Below are positions 1 through 13,969 of a stretch of 64,000 bases of DNA, piece after piece. A program made the translations under genes and the position numbers. Source of the DNA: Chrysomallon squamiferum (Eukaryota; Animalia; Mollusca); the NCBI GenBank assembly GCA_012295275.1, contig CM022679.1, positions 15,128,001 to 15,192,000 of the forward strand, in the 5' to 3' direction. The notes under the pieces were generated by a model. The model was given only the letters and a program-made list of their open reading frames with translations, did no database searches and had not been told where the DNA came from. Position 1 is the first letter of the stretch. Every line of letters begins with the position of its first letter.

Positions 1-1679
1 CATTAAATAATATATTTTGTGTTATTTGACTACCGGGTACACAATATTCAGCATGTTTCAGTGTTATTTGACTAGGGATATACACTACCTTCTGCTATCT
101 TCAGTTGTGTTATAGGGTGAACAATATTCTATTATTAACTATCAAACAATAATTTTCAACAACTAGAAAAAAAATTAAACAATGAGATATGAAACTGATG
201 GCTTACATGATATAAACAACCAATTATTTAACCATTAAGATGTAAATAATTTAATACAAAAATTTATATTTTATAGCAGTATAGGCATGTATTGAAAAAA
301 GGGGGAAAAAAAACCCCACCTAAATAAATATTTATGTAATGCAGATAAAATCTAGTTTTAAAGCATTTACTTTTATTTATTGTATTACAAGAAAATTATA
401 TATAGAAAGTAAATGAAAAAAATAATCCTATTATCAAGAACTTATATAGTATGTATGTATGAACGTATAAACAAAAATGTATTTAGATTTGTATTATTCA
501 TACTATTTAAAAAATAGCTGACAAATAAACTATCATGTTAAACAAATATATTTATATTATAAATAATTTATTGTTTATTTATTGTATTTCACAGATATTT
601 GTGGGTATTAATAAAACTTCATTTATGTAAATAAAGTTTGAGAGTATTATATATAGTGGTCTGGTTTGAATGTGAATGTTTTTATAAACAGACTGCATAT
701 TATTTTACACTCTATCTTTTTTTACATAGTTAATTCAAAGATTATGTATGATATAAAAATAATCCTGCTTTAAAACCATCAATTAAATAATTAATACAAT
801 ATACATCTAGCAAAGATGTCTGAACTTGCACAAGATCTTTTTACATTTGAAATATTTCAAAACAATTTTCTTTAGGGTACTTCTGAATCATAATGAAGCC
901 AATCTTTATTTATTTATTTTTTATTATTTTATTACTATTACTATTATTATTAATATTCCTATTTGTTTTATCTTTTTTTTTTACTGGTACACTAAATTTT
1001 AAAAATTCATGTGCAAATAATATATATTTTAATTCAAATAGAATGTTTTAAACCTTCATAGTGAATCTTTTTTTCAGTATATAAATTTTATTTTTTAAAT
1101 TCATACATTTAAAGTTGTCTTCAAAATCTGTACAGAATAAAAAAATTTAAACTTCATTTAGAAAAGTTTAATCTTTTTAGCATGTACATATATTTAAAGT
1201 TGTTTTTAATTTGTACAGAACATTTTATGTTTTAATTTAAACAGAATTTTTTTTTTTATTTAATTCCTTAAAAAATGTTATCTTTTTATTTGATATACAA
1301 AATTTATAAATTCATTTACTTTGACAGTGTATATTAATGAACACACCAGCAGATTATGACAGAGAAGTAAATTTACCATATTCATTCACATGGTGATAAA
1401 TTATTATCAAAAGTGTACTTCAGCTGCTAGAAAATGACAGATATGTTTTTTACTGAATTTGTCAGTAATTGTGAAGAGTGTTTGGTAGAAATCAGAATAA
1501 GGATGAACATGTGATTTTTTTACCAATGATGAAAATGAAAAAAAATAACCTGTAAGCAGCAAAATAAAAATGTTTAAATCTGAAGAGAGAAAAAAAAAAA
1601 TTATAATAAAAAGGACAAAAAAAAACCCCATGATAATTTAAATATAAAATATTTGAAAAATTATCCATATGGTGCAATT

Positions 1680-1916
<237 letters not shown>

Positions 1917-3505
1917 TCTGTATTGTTTTGTACATTATGTGTATTCAGATAAAATAAGTAACAGTTGATAATTTGTAGACAAGTAAATTTGATTTTCACC
2001 ATCATAAAAACAAATTATAAAAAAAAAAAATTTTCCTTTTTATGTCACTTTTACATACCTTTTGTTAATTACAGCATCCTAGCCATCAAACATAAACTGA
2101 ACAAAAAGTACATTAATATTAATAATGACGATATAAATTAATCAAACGATAAACAGTAAAAAAAAAATAACAAACAATGAGATAATACAAAATGAGCCTG
2201 ATTTAAAAATACTATTAAAATTCACCGGTGTGCATCTCTGAACTAAACATTAGTAAAATGTGAAAAGATTAAATAAAAAAACTGACAGGAGTCAGTGGAT
2301 CTAATCACATAATAAGTTGTAAACCAGTCTAACAGTCACCAATGGCTGCTCATCAAGATTTCCGATTACAATACAGCAAACTACAGAATAATAAATACAA
2401 ACTGTTTTTTTAAATCTAAGATAGTTATGGATATGTAAGCAAAATTCACCTCTATATGCATGAGTGTGGAGTGTGCATTTAAAATATTTTTAAAAATTTC
2501 AGTTTATATATGCAAAATGCATCTCACTGATATCTTTACAGATCTATCAATATACTGAAAACCAGGTGAACCTTTTTTTTTTTTTTTTTATCTTCTTGGA
2601 TTCTGAAATAACTAAAAGACTAGATGAAGAATCTTGAATTGTAGAGAAAAACCATTTTACCGGGACGTAGTTTTATATGTAAGTTAAATATTTCACTGAC
2701 CATCAGAACCAAAATTTTAAATAAAAAGTGAAAAGAAGTAGTAATGAAATAATAATAAAAAAAAAAAAATAATAAATAAACATTACTGATGAAATTTTAA
2801 AAAATGTGAGAATATGAGGATAATATAACTGCACAGATAGACACTACTGTACAACACAATGGCAGGTAGGAAAAAGACATTGCTAATGGAAGAATTATGA
2901 ATGCATAGATAAAATTTTCAGAGAAAAAACTAACACAAAAAAAAAACATTGTACCTCAAATAATACCAGACTTTTCTTCTTTTTAAATATTGATTTTTCT
3001 ACTTTCTGAATTATTTATTTATTTATTATTATTATTTTTTTGTTTATTATTATCATTAATTTATTTATTTATTTAAATAGTTTTCTAACAGATATTTAAA
3101 TCCAGAGTTTGTTTCTGTTAAATAACAGAAACTTGATTAGACATTTTGATTTTTAACAAAATGAAACATGAGAAAGAATTGTTTATATATATACATACAC
3201 ATTGGGATTGATTAAATTTTAGTCAAGTGAAAATGAGACTAGACTATAATATTAATGTAACTGTTTTTAGAAGAGAAGAATATCACTAAAAGGGAAGTAA
3301 CTCTACCATGTTAATGTACACTGAAATGTGAAAAGTACATAATATCAACAAATTATTTTTATTCCCTAAACCATAAAATATTATTTAAAAAAAAAAAAAA
3401 AATAAAATAAAGGTTAATGAATGAAATAAAATAAGTAAACCAATATTATACTTTACAACAAGAAGATTATTACAGGCAGACACTTAATTTTTTTTTTTTT
3501 TTCTT

Positions 3506-3536
<31 letters not shown>

Positions 3537-6500
3537 CTTTTTTCTTTTTTTTTTTTTTTTTTTTTTTTTTAATTATCATTTTTTTCTTAATAATTTGTTT
3601 GTTTTCATTGTTAACATGGTCCATGAATGTATTGGGAACTGGTCATACAAGCGTGCTTTTGCCACACACAAAAAATATATATGTTTTAAAAAAACCTAAA
3701 AAAACACTGAAAATACCCACTCTGCCAATAAATATGCATATTAAAAACTACACATTAAATACAGGTATATTTTACACATGGTCAAAGATAGTTAGTGAAT
3801 ATACATATTTGTATCCATCTGAATGGAGAATGAATCTGTTTTCTTTATGTGTGCAATGCATATTATATGTATGTATGTATATATTATTAGTGTGAGTGTG
3901 TGTGTGTGTGTGTATGTGTGTGTGTGTGTGAGTGTGTGTGTGTATGTGTATGTGTGTGTATGTATGTGTGTATATATGTATTAGTGTGAGTGTGTGAGTG
4001 TGTGTGTGTATGTGAGATTGAATAAAAGTTTGCACACACACATATATATGGTTGTGCATGTTTACATATGCATGTATGTATGTATGTATGTATGTATGTA
4101 TGCACCTGTCTATATGTAAATGCCTATGCTTATGAAAGTGTTTTTATTATCATGATCTTTGATACTGCATAATGTTAAAATGATTATATACAAATCTAAC
4201 ACTCTCAATCACTTATCTATTAATTTACATGGTAATAATAATAATAATAATACAAAAGATTTGTTTAACCAGTTTATACAAAGGGAATGATGTGAGATAC
4301 CACTAAGCCATGATGCAGTAAAGTGATAAAAATTGCATAGGACTATGGTTAAAAGTAATTTTGTTTTGTCTTTGTTTAACTCAAAAATAAAAATAACAAA
4401 ATATGTCGGATCACTATACCCATAAGAATTGCATAAAAAAACCACAGTACTGGTGATGAGGGGCCTGCATTGTGGGTAGTGCATATAGCAGCAGATATGT
4501 TACAGAAATTATCACTCATTCTGTTTCTTTCAGTTTGTTTTGTATTTTGGGAAAAAAAATCTGTCTTGTTCTTGTTTGAATCCACATCAATGGAACAAAC
4601 GAAATCCACAAATGATATTACAAATGTACTTAAGTTTTCAAGAATTTCCATTTAATTTTGTACTTTTGAAATATCTCTTATAGTAAATTCTTTTCAAAAA
4701 GCTTTTAAGAATACAAAACAATAATAATATATTTAATGTATTTCATTAAATTTATCTTAAGAGACATTAAATATGAGATTTTGAAAAATGTTCTCACAAC
4801 TGCTTGAAAATTGTTATTTGGAGTTATGTCCCTTAGTACATATCGACATTACCAATAACATTATTTTTGTTGGTGGGTGTTTGTTCAGTAGTTTATTGAT
4901 GGGGATCCATACAAGACAATACATTTTTCCCAACATCAGCCCCAAACTGCTGCCCAGTCTCAGAGCAAAATTATCAGTTTCAATATCAGGAAAGATTTTT
5001 AATATAAACTTTGATGTCAAAAATAAAAATCCCTTGAGATATGTTCCACATGTAATGTATTTATGATGATTACAATAAACAGAATTAAAAAAAAGAAACA
5101 AAAGACAGAAATGTGTTTAGGAGTAGAATAGCCAAAATATTGTAACCACTTTTCAAATTATTATTAAATTCAGCAAGTCAAGTAAAGTCAACCATTTTTT
5201 TACATATTATATTACTACAAACCAGTTACTCACTTTATAACAATATTAATAAATAAGAACATTATTTATTTTTTTTTATATTATGTTGTAAAAATTAAAT
5301 AATAAAATTTTTAAATAATATTTTCCTTTTGTGACAGTTTTTCTTTTTTTCTTGAGACTTCACAGCCAAAACCTGTTACCACGGTTACAAATTTTATCCA
5401 CAAAATTAAATTATTAAGCAAAAAGCACCTTGGATTTCGTAAGCTCCAATTTGGAGTACAGGTCTCAACTAAAACAGTGTGGGCCGCATGAAGGAAACTC
5501 AGTGTGTACACTAGATAATTAAAACATCATGAAAAAATATACTTGCAGAAAAATCCTATCATCAACATATTCCACAAAACAATTCACTTTTGACCAGCAT
5601 AATAAATATGATGTCAGCTATGTACAGGTATATAAGATAAAGTGGAGAAAAAAAAACAACAACATACTAATATATTATTATTTAACATAGAATGGCTAAA
5701 ATATTAACAAATATAATACAAACAGTTTGTAGAAAAATCTCAGCATTATTCATCAATAAATAAATAAAGTATTATTTTAACAAAACTTAAAAAAAAAATT
5801 TTTTTTCTTTTTTTTTTGGTTTCTGTTCATGCAGACTGAAAAAAAAAAAAGTCAACTTTCTCCTTTTGTAATAAGATTTTTGAATGCAAATTCTTCACTG
5901 GTTTTAAAATGATAGCAAAATAAAAATAATTTAAAAAAATATATATATTCACAAATATACTGAATTCCAAACCACAGGTATGCATTAATCCCTCTGAAGC
6001 AAAAACAGCTATAAAAGATTATGTCATCAAAATTGTATTAACAATATTAAAGCAACATTAAATCAATAATAAAACAAAAACAAAAACAAACAACAGCTGC
6101 TATTTATAGGCTAACAAGGATATATATAACAAATACAGCACAATCTAAAGAAATCTCCATCATTTCAAAAAACCAAAAACACAGTGGAATAATAATTAAA
6201 AAAAAATAAAAAATTAAGAAAAAAAAAAAAACGATACCCTATGTTGATATTTATGCACACAGGAAATTGTTATCATAAGCAAGGAAGTTAAATATTTACT
6301 TTACTAGCAATATTTATCTTTTATGTGCTTTGACATACTTCACATTTATTTTTATCATATTGTATATAAACTGTACCTTACAGTAGACTGTACCATACAT
6401 GTATCTTTATCTCTGTGCCATTTTCTGTGTCTGATTTACACAATGCTGTACTGTGTCACAGTGTATATTTTCACAAGTATTTATGTATACTCTACACAAC

Positions 6501-6655
6501 AAAGGATTAGGTCACTTTGATTTTCAGTTATGAACACACTTCACTCTGCCTTAAGGCAAATTCTTCAGAAATGTTCAAAATGATTCTACTCTGTTTATTT
6601 CAAACTGACAGGCCAATGTCACATACAGGTGTGTAAGATACCGTATTTAGAGAAA

Positions 6656-6686
<31 letters not shown>

Positions 6687-7265
6687 AAATTAAAGACATA
6701 CACTGCTGCCAAATTAATAAATGACCAAACTAGCCAACAAATCAGCAGACATTATCTATCAATGTATTTAATGATCTGAATTAACACTTGTATTTTGTAT
6801 TACAATATAATTTTAAAAGGTTAAACAAAAAAAAGAAAAAAGAAGAAAAAACTAAATTATGATTGTAATAATAAAAACTAAATTAGGAATTTTATGAAAA
6901 ATAAATAAAACTAACAACTAAATTAGGGAGGTGCATAAGAAAGATTAAAAATTCAACGTTATTATTAATGTGAATTTCATCTGATTTAGAAATATTCTCT
7001 GAAACAGAATAAAGAGGTTTTAAAGTATCAGTGTGTTGATGATGTTTTTCTTTTTACATCAAGAAAAAAAGAAAAAAAAGAAAGAAGAATATATATCTAA
7101 TAAAATAAAAAAATAACAAAATGATCAAAGATCCAAATTAAAATGTCTACTGATTTCTTGAAAAGTGACAAATGTTCACTGAATGTTGCAACTGCTGGAC
7201 AAAAGCACCAATAGCATAGACAGTACTTTCTAAACAACATACCCTGATTATCTCCTTAATTTTAA

Positions 7266-7403
<138 letters not shown>

Positions 7404-7912
7404 TATCATTATTATTATTTTGTTAGGTCCTTGATACATTCCATCACTTTTACACAGGCCAGAATGCACAAAAGGTACGTAATTCAAGTTGTTTCCATTT
7501 TTTTATTTTTTTTTTAAATCTTACTGATGCACAATAATATTAATCTTCAGCAACTTATGTGATGAATTCAGCATTAATAAATTATCCAACAATAAACATT
7601 TTTTCATAAAATCTCCAAAATCCAAAATTTAAAAAGAAATAACTGCAACTTAGTCTGAAGTTTGTTATCATGATAACTCAGCATTTTCATATATTCAGCA
7701 GCTTTATGTACCTTTGATTGATACTTTTATTTTTAATTAGTATTTTATTCTTTCTGTACAACTGACCTTCTGCCAGCATCAGAAATGGTCACAGAGGTAT
7801 GCCATTTAGAAGTACCTACATTTTACATAAATAAATGTTCTGTATTGCTGTCGACATTATGTGCATTATTAAATGAAGTATCTGACTTCACAGCCCTGTG
7901 TTTATAAAAAGT

Positions 7913-8454
7913 TCACCAGATTTATTAACATCCTGTTCACCGGCCGATATTTACATTAATATACATCAGTAACATCACCAGGTAACTTAGATTTGTTAAT
8001 CACCGGTGGATATAAACATTAAAAATATATATATATATATATATGTATGTATACAGATTATATAAGAGATATAAACCACATAAGCAGACATACTGAATGT
8101 CAGGAGACTTTGGAGTCTCGATTATTCAATCACTGGTGAATATAGGCATTTACATGCATGACACTGAAGCAGACATTCTTGATGATTGAGACTAGCTAAG
8201 GTCTCCATTTTAGCCAGATGAAACAGACATAATGAACACAAAAATATCAAAAGCCAAATAATGATTACTATTACAATATTATTATTTTTTTAAAAAGAAG
8301 AAAAAAAAAAAAATTAAAAGTACTATATGAAGAAACATCAGCTTAGAGCCCGATATAAATAACATTTTTCAAAAATAGCAAAAGGCTTTTTTTTTCTTTT
8401 TCTTCTTTTTTTTTGTTGTTTTTGGGGAGTTTTTTTTAGTTTGTTTTCACCGGG
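7913..8454 (-). promoter_or_regulatory. Cluster of candidate miR-36/miR-35-family target sites in proximal 3'UTR
   Basis: Plus strand reads TCACCGGG 8447-8454, TCACCGG 8000-8006 and 7937-7943, TCACCAGGTA 7975-7984, TCACTGG 8130-8136 and TCACCAG 7913-7919. On the mRNA these are CCCGGUGA-type sites. Confidence 0.5.
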
Positions 8455-8512
8455 ATTATTCAACTGACAATGCTGACATATTTTGGGAGATTTAAACAAT
8501 TATTTCTATCGT

Positions 8513-8754
8513 CTAAGGAATGAGATCAAACGTCTCAGCGTAAAGGTCATGGGAAAAACTCATCTGGCCTTTGAGCGACTCAAGCATGCGCCTGTGCTCA
8601 ACTCCCAGCTCACGGAGACTGGAAATGCTCATGAGCAGACGTGGGAAGAGGCCGACTTCCTCCGGGTGACAAGTGGTGATCTCAGCCTGCAGAGCCTGGA
8701 TCAGCAGCTCCTGAAGTTTGCTCACCTTCTCACGGTTCTTCAGGCCAGGCCGGT
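8513..8754 (-). CDS. NR1-type nuclear receptor, last coding exon (LBD helices 9-12, stop)
   Basis: Acceptor tgactgCAG|AC (phase 1, G+AC=Asp). Encodes DRPGLKNREKVSKLQELLIQAL...LFPRLLMSISSLRELGVEHRRML...DLYAETFDLIP, then TAG at 8515-8513. DRPGL and LFPxLL are typical NR1 LBD motifs. Confidence 0.95.
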
Positions 8755-8834
8755 CTGCAGTCACAAACATAATGTGATGTGTGATGCAATAACACAGAGT
8801 AACACAGAGTAACTAAATGTAACATGAAGTACTG

Positions 8835-9405
8835 CAAAGTCTAATGTGATGTGATAAAACATAATGTGATTTCAGTGTGATGTGATGTGATTCTATGTGA
8901 TATAATGTTATGTGATTTCATGTGATGTGATGCAATTTATATGATTTAATGTGATGTCATATGATGAAATGTGATTTCATGTGATATAATGAAATATAAT
9001 GTAGTGTATGTAATGTGATGTGATCTTTGTAAGGTGGTGTATGTGTTATAATGTGATGTAATCTTTGTAAGGTGGTGTATGTGTTATAATGTATTGTAAT
9101 CTTTGAAATGTGTATATGTTACAATGTATTGTAATCTTTGTAATGTGATGTATGTGTTGTAATGTATTGTAATCTTTGTAATGTGATGTATGTGTTGTAA
9201 TGTGATGTAATCTTTGTAATGTGGTGTATGTGTTATAATGTGATGTAATCTTTGTAATGTGATGTATGTGTTGTAATGTATTGTAATCTTTGTAATGTGA
9301 TGTATGTGTTGTAATGTGATGTAATCTTTGTAATGTGGTGTATGTGTTATAATGTGATGTAATCTTTGTAATGTGATGTATGTTTGTAATGTGATGTAAT
9401 GTGTG
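8835..9405. repeat. Intronic minisatellite: degenerate (GTGAT)n grading into about 10 copies of a 38-bp unit
   Basis: aatctttgtaatgtgatgtatgtgttgtaatgtattgt recurs at 9133, 9171, 9209, 9247, 9285, 9323 and 9361. Confidence 0.92.
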
Positions 9406-9665
9406 AAGTCAAGTAATACAAAGTAATAATAAAAAATACAACTGAATTAAATAAATGTCAAAAGAAAACAGTCAAATAAAATGAAATTAAAATATTGAAA
9501 ATATTGTATGCAAATAAAATAAAATAACAATTAAAATACTTTTTCCTCAAAAGTGTTTCAAAATACTTATCTTATAATAAATAAATAAATAAGTAAATAA
9601 GTAATAAGCTAATCAACTTTTAAATTACAGATCAAAAGACAATAGAAACAGACAGACAGACATAC

Positions 9666-9885
9666 CTGGAGAAATCAGCACCAGAGCACTAAACAAGGCT
9701 TTTTCTGATTCGTGTAACTTGAAAGCATTGAATCGACAACACAGGTTGAACAGCAACTCAACAAAATGTTCCCCGAGAGGGAAGCCTGCCTTCATCTCCT
9801 CCCTGGTAACCAGGGAACTGTTACCTACCAGGAATATTGTGTTGGTCTCCGAGTCCACAAATGGAGCACACACAATACATGCAAC
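9666..9885 (-). CDS. NR1-type nuclear receptor, LBD exon (helices 5-8)
   Basis: tttcTACAG|GTT ... CCA G|GTATG; 220 nt, phase 0 to 1. Encodes VACIVCAPF...FNAFKLHESEKALFSALVLISP. Confidence 0.95.
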
Positions 9886-10349
9886 CTGTAGAAATATTAG
9901 AGTTTACTTTAATAAAAATAACATGCATGGGATGAAAACTGATGAGATCACAGAGACAGACTGAATACAGAATTTAAAAAATTTACATTAAAAATAAAAT
10001 AAGATTCATGAGATTAAAAAATGTAACATACATGAAGACATAGTGCATATAGAATAAAACAATTTACATCAGAAATTAAGTAACATTTATAGGACTGCAT
10101 GTAGAAGAACAAAAAAAACAGTTTACACAAGAAATAAAATAAAAATCTGAAAACAAATAAGGATAAATGTTTTTCATTATAATGAAAGTCAAATAATGGT
10201 TTATTATTACACTAAATGAAGAGTTTTTGTTTTAATATTTCTCTCTCTGTTTTTTTCTCTATATCTCTCTGTGAGTCTGTGACTCTTTCTATCTCTGATT
10301 CTGTCTTTCTCTATCCCTCTCTCTCTCACACACACACACACGAACATAC

Positions 10350-10384
<35 letters not shown>

Positions 10385-10449
10385 CACTGAGACACACACA
10401 ATCAAATACATAAACACATCTTATTCATGTTGTTTTTTCCCCCACAAAC

Positions 10450-10602
10450 CTCAAAACATCCCCCCTTTATGAGGCTGATCTGATCATCCTGGTCGAGGTT
10501 GGTAAACGTTGGAATCTTTTTAGCGAATATGACAACTTCCTGAATTGTGTTGTTGAGTCGAATCTGAAAGTTTTCCCAGCAAATCTCTCCCGATGTGACA
10601 CC
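10450..10602 (-). CDS. NR1-type nuclear receptor, LBD exon (helices 3-5, LBD signature)
   Basis: ttttCAG|GGT ... GAG|GTTTGT; 153 nt, phase 0/0. Encodes GVTSGEICWENFQIRLNNTIQEVVIFAKKIPTFTNLDQDDQISLIKGGCFE, containing the FAKxIPxFxxLxxxDQxxLxK signature. Confidence 0.96.
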
Positions 10603-12557
10603 CTGAAAACAAACACACACTGTCAAAATTTTGTAACTGATAGTAAGAGAAAATAAATTAAACTGTTAAAATTATTTGTGAAATTTAGTAACTGACAATA
10701 TCATAAAATAAATAAAAATGGAAAATAATATTACTGAAAATATTAGAATTTTTTAAACATTATAACAAAACAAAATAAAATAACAAATATATGAATCATT
10801 AGCAAATAAAAATAAAACAAATTATAAAAAGACAGATTAAATAATAATAAGAAGCAAAAACTAACCCCCATAAAACAGAAGAATTTTTTTATATAAAGTA
10901 ATTAAAAACAGAGTCTAAACACTGTGTACTAAGAAATAAAATATTTTAATTTATAAAAGTTCAATTAAAAAAAATAATAATAAAAAAATACATTCAATAT
11001 ATATTTTTTTATATACCATCTAAAAACTTAAATATATAAAGTTTTTTGTACAGAAAAAAGATCCAACTGCACACCTAAACCAGATGAATTTAAAATGCAA
11101 ATATTTCATTTTAAGCTATCGTTTAATAATGAACTTTTATTTACTCTATTTTCAAAATAATTAAACATCAAACTACATCTGTACCTTTTGTGAAAGCATA
11201 CACACACACACACACACACACACACGTATTACAATAATTATTTCAATAAAAAAAATATATATTTACTTTTTTCCACACACACAAGTAATAAAATAAAAAA
11301 ATAAATAAAATAACTCAAATTATGTTTCTTCATACCACTCAAAATCAACAATCAATAAGAAAATTCCACTATAATAATCTTATACAACATTAATTATGGA
11401 CACAACAATTCAATATAACAAAGTCATACACAAAAAAGATTTGATCATCATGATGAGACCCTGGGGCTGGTCATCTCCCTGCTGGACATATGTCATTAGC
11501 TGTCAACACAGATACTCAAATGGCTGTCTGCCATTTTATAATTAAATGTCAAACGCTGGTGAAAATGGGTCAGAGACAATGTCCAGAAAGCTGTAGTGGC
11601 CAGATATGACCACAGGGCTGTCCACTCAGCACCAGTAAATTGAGTCTCGCGCCAAAACAGAAAGTGCTCTGAGCAGGAATTAAGCTGTCAGTTTCAAATT
11701 AATGAGGATTTATTTTGTAATATCTCTGTGGAAAAATAAATTACATTATACATCAGGTGTGTTTATACAGCAAATTCCGTCTCAGTGATACTGAACTGCA
11801 GAAAAGTACACATATGAAGTTTGTGGTTTTATTTTATATGCTGGCAGTTATATAGGGTTTATCATAAACTTTATGTACATTTCTGTTCCAATGTTATTTA
11901 ATATAATAATAATAATTTTATCACACACACACACACACACACACTCTGTCTCTTTTTATCTGATAACTTATACTAGAATATGGTTTCATATTAATGTTTT
12001 TACCTACGTCAGTAAGTATATATAGCTTGCATACCATTCTATCTCAGTGATATTAAACAGAAGAAAAATATATGATGCAATATTCTTTGGCATGTACAAA
12101 TATACTCTTATCTTTCTGAGCATATGTGGCATGCAAAAATGACTTCAACATTTATTTATTTATTTATTTATTTATTATCATTATTATTTTTAAATTTTGT
12201 TTTCTCTTTATTTTTTTGTTATATATTTAAGTAATAATTTATTTATCATTATTAATATTGCCTGTATTTCTGCATTTTCTCGTTTTCTCAACTGTGGATT
12301 AATATGTACTTAAAATGTAAAAAAAACAACAATGAAAAGCAAAAAACTCAAACAAATACAAATTAATGTACATGTTAAACCAGTCTTCTAGAAGCCACAT
12401 AAATGGATTGGTTCCTGTACTTTTAAATAAAAACTGACAAGATTTAAGAACAGAAAAAAAATCACAATAGACTGAGCTCTCAAATCTGTCAGTTCTGTTG
12501 TCAGAATAGATGCAGATTAGAAGTTGAAGCTTTGAAAGAGCAGACTGTGTACCAAAC

Positions 12558-13969
12558 CTGTTTGTTTTCAGAGTTCACCAGATGCTCCTGAACAATGCGG
12601 CCAATCATCCGCTCCATTGTGTTCTGTCTGGAATACTCTCTCAACTTCTGAGCCATCTCGTTGAACCTCGATCTCAGCGAAGTGAACGTCGATGCAAACG
12701 AATCATGGATTCGGACAATCATGTTTGGCAACGTCAGTTTCGCACCCTCCTCTTCGGTCCTTCTCGGGTAGACACTGGCTTTGTTTTTGTTTATCATGGG
12801 CGTCACGACAGCCGTGTGTTCGACTGGCACAGGCTGCTGTTCGTGCGTTGATGTGTCTGGTCTCACTACTGGACTGTCTCGCTGCAGAGTCTTGCCCTGT
12901 CGCGGAAGCCAGGAATCGTTGGACACCCGTCTTACATTGTTTGTGTTAACAGGCTGTTGCTGTTGTTGCTGTTGTTGTTGTTGATTATTTTTCACATAAT
13001 TATCTTTAGGTTCTGAATACTCCCGCTTTATGTATGGAGGAAGAACATCGTCAGAGCTGGTTGCTGGAGAAGGAATATACGGTCGCTTCTTAATAGGACT
13101 GCGACTAATAAGTTCATCAGATTTTTTCCTCAGGTCGAGAGTAATATTTTCCACAATCACAGACGCTTGTTGCTGGTTAGAGAAAGATGTGGGGGAGGAG
13201 ACAATATTGGACGGTGCAGGGGGAGGCATCAAGGGAAGGCCACCACCAGACGTCATCACACACCGTTCATCTTCTGACTTGACTAAAATCTGAGGACCTG
13301 ACAGACTGTAGCGGATCTGCGACGTCGAGTGCAGAGCTTCAGACAGAGACTGCGAGGAACCCACGCTGTTGTTGCTGTGGGCGGGGCTGATGGTCGTAGG
13401 GGTGTGTCGACTGGGATGTGGTGGCTCGCTGCTCGTACTCAGCGACCTTTCACTCAACAAACTGGAAGACCTCTCGGCCCTGAGGCTCTGTGACCTTGAC
13501 ATTACACACACGTCAAACTGTTTCTGAACTCCCGTGGACATCGCAGATTTGTCCACGTCGCTGAGAGCATACGACGACATTTGTGGCCGTTCCACTTTCA
13601 GCATCAGCGGCTCTGGATCCTGCGACATCTGTTCTGGTGCTGTGGAATCTGTGACAGAGCTACTGATTGGTTCATTGTTGTTGTCTTCAATTTCACGTTC
13701 GGACGCTACCATTGGCTGCCCAATGAGCTGGTTCAGGCCAGACCTCTGTTTGAGCAGCATCGACAGAGCTGCCATGGATGACTGGTTTCCCATGTCACTG
13801 GGCAGGTTGAGTCCTCCGAGGGTCATTGAGTTAGAGGGACTGCTTCCGTCCGCCATGTTGTTCTCGTAGTTGAGACTGAGCAGTCCGTGCAGGGCTTGCT
13901 CTGTCTGTGTGTCCTCAATGCATCGGATCAGCTCCCGCATCTTGCGAGACCGTCTGCCCAGTTTGGCAG
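12558..13969 (-). CDS. NR1-type nuclear receptor, 1412-nt exon (DBD C-terminal extension, long hinge, LBD helix 1)
   Basis: ttttCAG|CT GCC AAA ... AAA CAG|GTTTGG; phase 1 to 0. Contains the tracked 479-aa ORF. Begins AAKLGRRSRKMRE, is Ser/Pro/Gln-rich with a polyQ run, and is GC-rich against the flanks. Confidence 0.93.

Noticed and set aside
7913-8150. Plus-strand miR-36 precursor cluster instead of target sites
   Set aside because: The sequences diverge from the mature miRNA after the seed, the copies are too closely spaced and I see no pre-miRNA hairpins around them. The target-site or old-duplication readings fit better.
12582-13869. Several plus-strand ORFs overlapping the large exon (also 8483-8812 and 9719-9964)
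   Set aside because: Antisense shadows of GC-rich coding sequence with no independent gene structure.
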